Virus record (IMG/VR): IMGVR_UViG_3300033475_000113
Span: 1-30,939 of that record
DNA from: a virus
Lineage: Duplodnaviria; Caudoviricetes
Length of the DNA: 30,939 bases
Direction: 5' to 3' (one strand)
Shown here: in pieces, positions 1 through 7,544 of the stretch
Layout of the letters: each line of letters opens with the position of its first letter
Numbering within the stretch: position 1 is the stretch's first letter
Program-made: the position numbers and the translations under genes
Notes under the pieces: generated by a model
Told to the model about the DNA's origin: nothing
The model's input: the letters and a program-made list of their open reading frames with translations, nothing else
Databases searched by the model: none

Positions 1-5
1 CCTCA

Positions 6-27
6 AAAATTCCCCGCCGGGAATTTT
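6..27. repeat. Perfect 9-bp inverted repeat AAAATTCCC-cgcc-GGGAATTTT near the probable left genome end
   Basis: Arms read directly at 6-14 and 19-27. CCGCCGG occurs at 14-20 and again at 38-44. Lies just upstream of the first gene. Confidence 0.7.
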
Positions 28-78
28 CCCCGAAAGTCCGCCGGAAAACTGGGGTAAAACTCTCTCGAAAGGAATGCA

Positions 79-369
79 ATGACAGCCTCAAATGTCATGC
101 AAGCCGTCATGGTGAGCCAGCCAGTGACGCAAACTGGTCAGCATGTCATGAAGTTGGCTCTGGTCAACGAGTCCGGCGACGCTCTGCACGTCCCGAAGCA
201 GGGCGCGACTCAGGCTGACGTCGGAGCACTGACGCAGGCGGCCATCACTGGTGGCGAGTCTCCGACCGAAGCTGAGTTCAACGCGCTTCGTACTGACCAC
301 GCGGCTACCCGGACCGTCCTGAACAGTCTGCTGGCCAATCTGCGTGCCGCGGGCGTCATCGCGACGTAG
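79..369 (+). CDS. Small virion protein, head fiber/decoration-like (96 aa)
   Basis: RBS GAAAGGA upstream; high-GC3 codons. C-terminal AEFNALR...LNSLLANLRAAGVIA resembles phage head-fiber/decoration helices. Confidence 0.6.
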   Translation: MTASNVMQAVMVSQPVTQTGQHVMKLALVNESGDALHVPKQGATQADVGALTQAAITGGESPTEAEFNALRTDHAATRTVLNSLLANLRAAGVIAT

Positions 370-388
370 TTCTCGACGAGGAGATCGC

Positions 389-733
389 ATGGCCGTCGCG
401 AAGAGCTCAAAACCTAGTCCAGGACGGCGGCCTGCGACGACTCCAGAGACTAGAGAACATGAGCTCATCAACTTGGCCGAAGAGTTGGCTGCAAAACAGC
501 TACGAGAAGGAACGGCTTCGGCTCAGGTCATCAGTCACTACCTGAAACTCGGGTCCTCTCGAGAAGCTCTCGAGCAGACGCGTCTCCAGAACGAAAACCA
601 TCTCTTGAGAGTGAAGAGAGAGGCTCTCGAGGCGCAACGAGGCATGGAAGGACTGTACGAGAACGCCATTGCGGCGATGAAGCGGTATTCTGGCCAAGAA
701 CCAGTGCGAACGGACGATGACTATGAGGATTAG
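389..733 (+). CDS. Conserved phage protein, possibly terminase small subunit (114 aa)
   Basis: RBS GAGGAG before ATG 389; helical basic protein (RPATTPETREHELINLA). Function inferred only from position near genome start and HNH. Confidence 0.55.
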   Translation: MAVAKSSKPSPGRRPATTPETREHELINLAEELAAKQLREGTASAQVISHYLKLGSSREALEQTRLQNENHLLRVKREALEAQRGMEGLYENAIAAMKRYSGQEPVRTDDDYED

Positions 734-1133
734 AACGTACTCAGAGTTGCGTCAGATCTCCACGTTCAAGGAGCGTTTCGAATACCTCGCTTTGCATGGC
801 GCAGTCGGAGATGCAACCTTCGGATTCGATCGATGGATGAATCAGAAGTTCTATACGTCGTATGAGTGGCGTCAGCTTCGGTTTCGTATCATCGCTCGAG
901 ACGAAGGTTGCGATCTCGGCGTCGAAGGGCATGAGATCTTTGACAGAGTTGTCATTCATCACATGAATCCGATGACGCCCAACGACATCAAACAGGGGAA
1001 CATGGATATTCTGGATCCTAGGTTCCTCATCAGTACCTGTCATGACACACACAACGCCATTCACTTCGGAGACGAACGACTACTTCCCCGGCCTTTCGTT
1101 GAACGTAGACCTGGCGATACGAAACTGTGGTAA
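717..1133 (+). CDS. HNH endonuclease (packaging-associated type)
   Basis: RDEGCDLG...IHHMNP...LISTCHDTHNAIH motif. Start may be 723. Confidence 0.85.
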   Translation: MTMRIRTYSELRQISTFKERFEYLALHGAVGDATFGFDRWMNQKFYTSYEWRQLRFRIIARDEGCDLGVEGHEIFDRVVIHHMNPMTPNDIKQGNMDILDPRFLISTCHDTHNAIHFGDERLLPRPFVERRPGDTKLW

Positions 1134-1142
1134 GGAGAAATT

Positions 1143-1313
1143 GTGGAATCCGAAAATGAGCGGCCGTTGAACCTGGTATTCTCCCAGGTCGTACATGTCG
1201 ATCAGGAACCAGAAGAGCACATCGGCAAGGAGCTCATCGATCCCTGGGTGGATCCCGAGCAGACCGACTGGCCTATGGCCGATGAAATTGCATTGCTGAA
1301 CGAGGAGCACTGA
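1143..1313 (+). CDS. Small acidic hypothetical protein (56 aa), not in ORF track
   Basis: AAGGAG RBS at 1132-1137, GTG at 1143, reading VESENERPLNLVFSQ...LLNEEH. TGATG stop/start overlap with the endolysin. Confidence 0.65.
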   Translation: MESENERPLNLVFSQVVHVDQEPEEHIGKELIDPWVDPEQTDWPMADEIALLNEEH

Positions 1314-2113
1314 TGTCGAACTGGGTTGTTGTACCGGCTCTTCTCGAGGGCCGCGATCAGATGGACGAGCGCTTCCCGAACCGGGACCACGGCGCCGAAG
1401 GTACGATCGGCGACCAGTCCCATCAGAGTTCCTCGAGCTCGCACAACCCGGACGAGACCGGGAAGCCCGAATACAGCGATCACGACGGCATCAACGAGGT
1501 TCGTGCGATCGACTGGGACAAGGACCTCAACGACGCCGGCGGCGTGACGATGGAACAGGTCGTCCAGCTCTGGCTGACACTGCTTCGCTCCGGCCAAATG
1601 TGGTGGGTTCGCTACCTTATCTACAAGGGTCGCATCTGGCACCGTCGAGACAACTTCGTCACACGCGAATACAACGGCGGCGACAAGCATGAAAGCCACG
1701 TTCATGCCACGAACGATTTCACGCAGGCCGCCGACACCGTACGCAACACCAACTGGCACCTGAGCGAGCTTAACGGTCCCGGCGAGGTCCCCGTCTCGGA
1801 CAGTCATCTGTCAGTCGACGGCAAGCTCGGTCCCAAGACCATCGCCAAGTGGCAACGAGTCATGGGCACCCCGGTCGACGGCAAGATCAGCAGTCCGAGC
1901 GATCTCGTCAAGGCAGTTCAGACGAAGCTGAAGAGCACTGTCGATGCTTCCCTCAAAGTCGACGGCTACGGCATCGTTCAGGGTGGCAAGCGTTCCAAGA
2001 CGATCGGCGCACTTCAGCGGTATCTGAAGAGTCCGGTGGACGAGTACATTTCTTCGCCGGTGTCTGAAGTCGTCAAGGCGCTCCAGCGTCGGCTGAACGA
2101 AGATCGCTTCTAG
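1313..2113 (+). CDS. Endolysin: Zn-peptidase (M15-like) domain plus peptidoglycan-binding repeats
   Basis: SSHNPD...VRAIDWD...HESHVH Zn-ligand pattern; C-terminal VDGKLGPKTIAKWQ and VDGYG...TIGALQRYL PG-binding motifs. Confidence 0.8.
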   Translation: MSNWVVVPALLEGRDQMDERFPNRDHGAEGTIGDQSHQSSSSSHNPDETGKPEYSDHDGINEVRAIDWDKDLNDAGGVTMEQVVQLWLTLLRSGQMWWVRYLIYKGRIWHRRDNFVTREYNGGDKHESHVHATNDFTQAADTVRNTNWHLSELNGPGEVPVSDSHLSVDGKLGPKTIAKWQRVMGTPVDGKISSPSDLVKAVQTKLKSTVDASLKVDGYGIVQGGKRSKTIGALQRYLKSPVDEYISSPVSEVVKALQRRLNEDRF

Positions 2114-2130
2114 CAAGGGAGGTGTCCCAC

Positions 2131-2535
2131 GTGAGCGATAGCATTCTTACTAGTGTCAAGAAAGTCCTCAATCTCCCAGAGAGCTACACGGCGTTTGATG
2201 AAGACGTGCTGATGCACATCAACTCAGTCTTCTCGACGATCAATCAACTGGGGATTGGGCCAGAAGGCGGTCTGACGATTGCGAATGCTACGCCCACGTG
2301 GGCCGCACTCATCGGTACCGATCCTCGTTTGAATTTCGTCAAGTCGTACGTGTACTTGCGCGTACGTATGCTGTTCGATCCACCGACAACGTCGTTCCAT
2401 ATCGCCGCAGTCGAGAAGCAATACGAAGAACTCGAGTGGCGAATGAGCGTCTATCGGGAATCGACAGAGTGGACCGATCCGACGCAGGAATTCGATCCTG
2501 AAGATCAACTGGTTCTCGATGGCGGAACCCCCTAG
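2131..2535 (+). CDS. Head-to-tail adaptor/connector-like protein
   Basis: GGAGG at 2118-2122 favours GTG 2131. SILTSVKKVL...AFDEDVLMHINSVFSTINQLG...VKSYVYLRVRMLFDPP is typical of gp6-like connectors. Confidence 0.7.
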   Translation: MSDSILTSVKKVLNLPESYTAFDEDVLMHINSVFSTINQLGIGPEGGLTIANATPTWAALIGTDPRLNFVKSYVYLRVRMLFDPPTTSFHIAAVEKQYEELEWRMSVYRESTEWTDPTQEFDPEDQLVLDGGTP

Positions 2536-2543
2536 GAGGGTCG

Positions 2544-3074
2544 ATGACGTTTACGTTCAAGCTCCGCAGGGGTAATGCTGCGGAATGGACTACAGATAAC
2601 CCGACCCTCAAGGCCGGGGAACCCGGAGTGGAACTCGACACCGGTAAACTCAAGATCGGCGACGGAATTAAAACCTGGACAGCCTTGGGGTACCTTTCTG
2701 GAGAAGGAGCTCCCGGTGATTCCGCTTACGAAGTCGCGGTCAATAATGGCTTCGTTGGTACCGAATCTCAATGGTTGGCGTCTCTTGTGGGACCCGCTGG
2801 AACCAACGGTACCAATGGAACTAACGGCACCAACGGTAGTAATGGTGCTTCCGCCTATCAAGTGGCCGTGGCGAATGGTTTCGTTGGTAATGAAGCTGCT
2901 TGGTTGGCATCACTTGTCGGCGCACCTGGAACGAACGGCACCAACGGTACGAATGGGACTAATGGAACAGACGGCGCAGATGGTGAGTCGGTCACTGTAA
3001 CACTGGTAGCCGCGGTTGATTGGCCCCCTGCTTCCGATTCCAACCCGTTGCATCTGTATTTCCGGGTGCCGTAA
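2544..3074 (+). CDS. Collagen-like minor virion protein with Mtd_N/hyaluronidase-N-like N-terminus
   Basis: LRRGNAAEW...GEPGVELDTGKLKIGDG N-domain; two SAY(E/Q)VAV.NGFVG.E..WLASLVG repeats, each followed by (GTN)n collagen triplets. Confidence 0.75.
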   Translation: MTFTFKLRRGNAAEWTTDNPTLKAGEPGVELDTGKLKIGDGIKTWTALGYLSGEGAPGDSAYEVAVNNGFVGTESQWLASLVGPAGTNGTNGTNGTNGSNGASAYQVAVANGFVGNEAAWLASLVGAPGTNGTNGTNGTNGTDGADGESVTVTLVAAVDWPPASDSNPLHLYFRVP

Positions 3075-3745
3075 TGCCAAACTACGATTTGTCTTCAGCG
3101 GATCTCGGACGAGTCGCCGGACAACTCGTCGACAAGCTCCGTATCGCCAACCAGGATGTATGGACCGCTTCAGGCCCCCCTCCTGACGGTCCATATTATC
3201 TGAACGATGCCGCCGGTGTCACTCCTGGCGGTTTCTCAGACGGCACACCGAACATCGTCATCGGTCTTCTGACCATTTTCCACAATCCAGGCTACGTTAC
3301 TGGGCTGCAGTGGTGGGATCAATCTTCCGGCGCAGGAAACTGGGATTTTGGTTTCTACGAAGTCACTACTTCGGACGGTAGCAAGCCAGATACTGGAACA
3401 TCGAAACTGGCCTCTGCAACACTCGCGGCAACGGGTGGAGGCTTCCGCGAAGTAACGTTCACAACGCCGGTTCCGGTATCATATGGGCATATGTATCTGG
3501 CTACGCGATACAACGCGAACGGATATTACGTTCACTCGGGCGCTTTCGGTGGAAATCACGGAGCTTTTACCGATGGAGATCCCGTATACATCCCAGCAAT
3601 CGGCGAGGACGTCTCTCCGGTGGTTCCTACGTGGACGAACGTCTGGCGATCACTGTTCAAGATCGGTTCTGGCGATGTAGTGCCGAATGAAAATGGCGCC
3701 GGTGCTTTCTACGGCGTCACCCCCATCTTCTTCAAGACCCTATAG
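3074..3745 (+). CDS. Minor virion protein, DUF4082-like beta-sandwich (223 aa)
   Basis: TAATG overlap gives start 3074. GYVTGLQWW...VTFTTPVPVSYGHMYLATRY pattern resembles DUF4082. Confidence 0.6.
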   Translation: MPNYDLSSADLGRVAGQLVDKLRIANQDVWTASGPPPDGPYYLNDAAGVTPGGFSDGTPNIVIGLLTIFHNPGYVTGLQWWDQSSGAGNWDFGFYEVTTSDGSKPDTGTSKLASATLAATGGGFREVTFTTPVPVSYGHMYLATRYNANGYYVHSGAFGGNHGAFTDGDPVYIPAIGEDVSPVVPTWTNVWRSLFKIGSGDVVPNENGAGAFYGVTPIFFKTL

Positions 3746-3760
3746 AGAAGGGAGGGTTCC

Positions 3761-4120
3761 ATGGCCAATCCTGAAAACAAGATCCTCGTCCATTTCGGCG
3801 TCAAAGGCATGAAGTGGGGCGTTCATAGGAATCGTCCTTCTCTTCCGGCTTCTCAGGATTCGCAGAGAGCTACCGAAGTTCGAACGAAGGTCAAGACCGG
3901 CGGAACGAAGGCGCTCTCGAACAAAGAACTTCAAGATCTGATCACGCGAATGAATCTGGAGCAGCAATTTTCCAGATTGAATCCCAGTAAGTTGGAGAAA
4001 GGCACTCAGATCGCTTCTAGGATTCTTGGTGTAGGGAACACCATCAATCAGGCGATTGCCTTTGTCAATTCTCCTGCTGGAAAAGCGGTGAAGGATGCGG
4101 TGCTAAAGAAGCGAGGGTAG
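3761..4120 (+). CDS. HFGVKGMKWGV-motif protein 1
   Basis: GGGAGG RBS; N-terminal LVHFGVKGMKWGV motif; LSNKELQDLITRMNLEQQF helix. Confidence 0.85.
   Translation: MANPENKILVHFGVKGMKWGVHRNRPSLPASQDSQRATEVRTKVKTGGTKALSNKELQDLITRMNLEQQFSRLNPSKLEKGTQIASRILGVGNTINQAIAFVNSPAGKAVKDAVLKKRG
3789..3824 (+). repeat. 36-nt direct repeat, copy 1 (identical copy at 5897-5932)
   Basis: TCCATTTCGGCGTCAAAGGCATGAAGTGGGGCGTTC read at both positions. Confidence 0.9.
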
Positions 4121-4138
4121 AAAGGAGGTTCGGCGGCA

Positions 4139-5869
4139 GTGCTATCGAACACGGCTACACCGATTTATTATGGCCGGTTTCGTGAAGCGGTACTTCGGGG
4201 CGAGATTCCTGTAAACCGGGAAGTCTCAGCAGAGATGAACCGCATTGATGCACTCATCGCCGACCCGAATTACTACTATGATCCGGATGCAGTAGAAGGA
4301 TTCATTCTCTATTGCGAGAATGAACTGACATTGACGGATGGTAGCGATCTTCATCTGCTTGACTCATTCAAGTTATGGGCCGAACAGATCTTTGGTTGGT
4401 ACTACTTCATCGATCGTCCAGTATATGATCCGGAGAAGAATGCCTTCGTTGTTAAGACCGTTAAGAAACGGTTGACGACAAAGCAATACTTGATCGTAGC
4501 TCGAGGCGCAGCAAAGTCGATGTACGCCGAATGCATTCAAAGTTTCTTCTTGAATGTTGATACCTCGACAACGCATCAAATCACTACTGCGCCAACCATG
4601 AAACAAGCCGATGAAGTGATGTCGCCGTTCCGCACGGCTATCACGCGCGCCCGCGGACCCTTGTTCAAGTTCCTCACACAGGGTTCTATCCAGAACACCA
4701 CGGGTGCTAAGTGGCTTCGACAGAAGCTGGTCTCCACCAAGAAGGGCATCGAGAACTTTCTCACAGGTTCTCTTCTTGAAGTCCGCCCAATGTCGATCGC
4801 AAAACTTCAGGGTCTCCGTCCGAAGGTTTCGACTGTCGATGAATGGTTGTCCGGTGATCTCCGAGAGGATGTCATTGGCGCCATCGAACAGGGCGCTTCG
4901 AAACTTGACGACTGGTTGATCGTAGCAATAAGCTCAGAGGGAACTGTCCGGAACGGTAGTGGCGATACCATCAAAATGGAACTCGCCACCATCCTTAAAG
5001 GAGAGTACCATGCGCCGCATGTTTCGATCTGGCACTACAAGCTGGACGAGTTGGAAGAAGTTGCCAACCCAGCGATGTGGCCTAAGGCGCAGCCGAACAT
5101 CGGTAAGACCGTTTCCTACGAAACGTATCATTTGGATGTCGAACGCGCCGAGAAAGCGCCGGCCGCCAGGAACGACATCCTAGCAAAGCGTTTCGGCATT
5201 CCGATGGAAGGCTACACGTACTTCTTCACATACGAAGAGACGCTTCCGCATCGTAAGAGAAGTTTCTGGGAGATGCCTTGTGCTCTAGGGGCAGATCTCT
5301 CACAAGGCGATGACTTCTGTGCATTTACATTCCTATTTCCATTGCCAAATGGTGGATTTGGAATTAAGACGCGCAGTTACATTACTTCTCTAACGTTGTT
5401 GAAGCTTCCTGGAGCTATGCGACACAAGTACGAGGAATTTCTGAACGAAGAAAGTCTCCATGTACTTGAAGGTACTATTCTCGACATCATGGAAGTCTTT
5501 GATGATCTGGAACAGTACATAGAGCGGGAGAAATTCGACGTTCGCTGTCTGGGTTACGATCCTTACAACGCCAAAGAGTTTGTTCAGCGGTGGGAACTTG
5601 AGAATGGACCCTATGGCATAGAAAAGGTCATCCAAGGCGCCAGGACAGAATCTGTACCTCTCGGCGAATTGAAGAATCTTGCCGAGTCTCGTCTTCTGCT
5701 CTTCGATCAAGCATTGATGACGTTTGCTATGGGAAACTCCATAACCATGGAGGACACCAACGGAAACCGAAAACTGCTAAAGAAGAGGTATGACGAGAAG
5801 ATCGACAATGTGGCGGCCATGATGGACGCCTTCGTCGCATACAAGCTCCATAAGGAGGCGTTCGAGTGA
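4139..5869 (+). CDS. terL: Terminase large subunit
   Basis: Walker A-like VARGAAKS, Walker B TVDEW, nuclease GADLSQGDDF, GYDPYNA and KIDNVAA motifs; AAGGAGG RBS. Confidence 0.93.
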   Translation: MLSNTATPIYYGRFREAVLRGEIPVNREVSAEMNRIDALIADPNYYYDPDAVEGFILYCENELTLTDGSDLHLLDSFKLWAEQIFGWYYFIDRPVYDPEKNAFVVKTVKKRLTTKQYLIVARGAAKSMYAECIQSFFLNVDTSTTHQITTAPTMKQADEVMSPFRTAITRARGPLFKFLTQGSIQNTTGAKWLRQKLVSTKKGIENFLTGSLLEVRPMSIAKLQGLRPKVSTVDEWLSGDLREDVIGAIEQGASKLDDWLIVAISSEGTVRNGSGDTIKMELATILKGEYHAPHVSIWHYKLDELEEVANPAMWPKAQPNIGKTVSYETYHLDVERAEKAPAARNDILAKRFGIPMEGYTYFFTYEETLPHRKRSFWEMPCALGADLSQGDDFCAFTFLFPLPNGGFGIKTRSYITSLTLLKLPGAMRHKYEEFLNEESLHVLEGTILDIMEVFDDLEQYIEREKFDVRCLGYDPYNAKEFVQRWELENGPYGIEKVIQGARTESVPLGELKNLAESRLLLFDQALMTFAMGNSITMEDTNGNRKLLKKRYDEKIDNVAAMMDAFVAYKLHKEAFE

Positions 5870-6189
5870 ATGAGCCCACCAGAGAGGAAGCTCTAATCCA
5901 TTTCGGCGTCAAAGGCATGAAGTGGGGCGTTCGTAAGCAGCGGCAACTCGATGCTGCAAACCGAGTCGCATCAGGAAATGCTTCAACGCTGCAAAAGGTT
6001 CGATTCGGAGCTAGTGCTACTACAAAAGAACTCGTGACTTCCGGCGGTTCTTTGAAGAAGATCGCTCGAGCTAGGGCGAACACTCTCGAAGCGCAAAAGA
6101 AACGAATCGAACAAGGAAAAGCTACAACTCTGGACATGCTTGATCGATTCGGAAATACTCCGATTCTCGATCTGGTTCGAGGTCGTTAA
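5866..6189 (+). CDS. HFGVKGMKWGV-motif protein 2
   Basis: GTGA overlap with terL stop; LIHFGVKGMKWGVRK motif; basic protein. Confidence 0.85.
   Translation: MNEPTREEALIHFGVKGMKWGVRKQRQLDAANRVASGNASTLQKVRFGASATTKELVTSGGSLKKIARARANTLEAQKKRIEQGKATTLDMLDRFGNTPILDLVRGR
5897..5932 (+). repeat. 36-nt direct repeat, copy 2
   Basis: Identical to 3789-3824. Confidence 0.9.
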
Positions 6190-6219
6190 TAGACAACCGA
6201 ATAATGGAAGGAGGTGACT

Positions 6220-7521
6220 ATGTCATCGTTTGGCTCACGGCTGAAAAGAACGATCAAGCATGCCTGGAACGCATTCACGAATCGAGATTTTCAGGCTGAT
6301 ACCCGTTCGAATTCGGAAGGCGTTTCTTTCGGAGGTCGACCGGATAGAGTAAGAGTTTCGATCGCCAATGAACGTTCAATTCTTTCCGCTATCATCCTTC
6401 GAATTGCTATTGACGTATCTTCGGTCGAGATTCGTCATGTTCGAAAAGATGAAAACGGTCGGTATCTCGAAGATATTGATAGCGGAATGAACACGTGTTT
6501 GACGCTCGAAGCCAACATCGATCAAGCGGCAACGGCGTTTCGTCAAGATCTGATGTTCACGATCTTCGACAGGGGTTCTGCGGCGATCGTTCCCGTCGAT
6601 ACCACCATCAACCCGGCAATTTCGGGCAGCTTCGACATCAAGACCATGCGAATTGGGGAAATCGAAGCTTGGTTCCCCCAAGATGTTCGAGTGCAGGTCT
6701 ACAACGAAGCTGTGGGTAGACGCGAACCGTTGACGCTCGGAAAGAGAACTGTCGCCGTCATCGAGAATCCGCTGTACGCCGTGATGAACGAGCCAAACTC
6801 GACCTTCCAACGGCTAATTCGGAAACTCAATCTTCTGGACGCGATCGATGAGCAATCGGCTTCGGGGAAACTCGATCTCATCATTCAGCTTCCGTACGTG
6901 GTCAAGTCGGAAGCTCGTCGCCAACAAGCAGAACAGCGACGCAAGGACATCGAAGTTCAACTGAAGGGCAGCAAATACGGTATCGCCTATACAGACGGTA
7001 CCGAGAAGATTACTCAGTTGAACCGTCCGGCGGAAAACAACCTCTTGGAACAGATCAAGTTCTTGACCGAGATGTTGTACACGCAACTCGGCGTCACTCC
7101 GGAAGTCATGAACGGCACGGCAGACGAAGCCGCAATGTTGAACTACCAAAACCGAACAGTCGTACCTCTCGTCGAGGCAATGGTTCAGGCGATGCGTCGT
7201 ACCTTCTTGACAGCGACTGCTCGTACGCAAAAGCAAGACATCATGTACTTCAAGGATCCGTTCAAGCTGGTTCCGGTCAGCCAGATAGCGGAGATCGCCG
7301 ACAAGTTTGTGAGAAACCAGATTGCTTCTGCAAACGACATCCGACAGATCGTTGGTTGGAAGCCGTCAAAGGATCCGAAGGCTGACCAACTGAACAACCC
7401 GAACATGCCGGCTTCTGCTGCCGAACTGCCAACTCGCGCTCCGCTTCGAGTTCCTTCTTCAGTCGGAACGCCGCGGCGACTCACTGCTGCTCCGTCGGAG
7501 CTAGCTACTCGACAACGATAG
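6220..7521 (+). CDS. Portal protein
   Basis: AAGGAGG RBS before ATG 6220; ~433 aa between terL and capsid; HK97-type portal features (RIAIDVSSV, LGVTPEVMNGTA, NDIRQIVG). Confidence 0.88.
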   Translation: MSSFGSRLKRTIKHAWNAFTNRDFQADTRSNSEGVSFGGRPDRVRVSIANERSILSAIILRIAIDVSSVEIRHVRKDENGRYLEDIDSGMNTCLTLEANIDQAATAFRQDLMFTIFDRGSAAIVPVDTTINPAISGSFDIKTMRIGEIEAWFPQDVRVQVYNEAVGRREPLTLGKRTVAVIENPLYAVMNEPNSTFQRLIRKLNLLDAIDEQSASGKLDLIIQLPYVVKSEARRQQAEQRRKDIEVQLKGSKYGIAYTDGTEKITQLNRPAENNLLEQIKFLTEMLYTQLGVTPEVMNGTADEAAMLNYQNRTVVPLVEAMVQAMRRTFLTATARTQKQDIMYFKDPFKLVPVSQIAEIADKFVRNQIASANDIRQIVGWKPSKDPKADQLNNPNMPASAAELPTRAPLRVPSSVGTPRRLTAAPSELATRQR

Positions 7522-7544
7522 AATGAAGGAGGAGAACAGTCAAA

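Noticed and set aside
2544-3074. Mtd_N-like domain as a sign of a diversity-generating retroelement
   Set aside because: No reverse transcriptase and no template/variable repeat pair differing at adenines in the window; the internal repeats encode collagen-like motifs.
6183-6213. TCGT...AATAATG upstream of the portal as a seventh cassette promoter
   Set aside because: Spacing is 17 rather than 19 nt, both boxes mismatch, and the GAGACCCC leader is absent.
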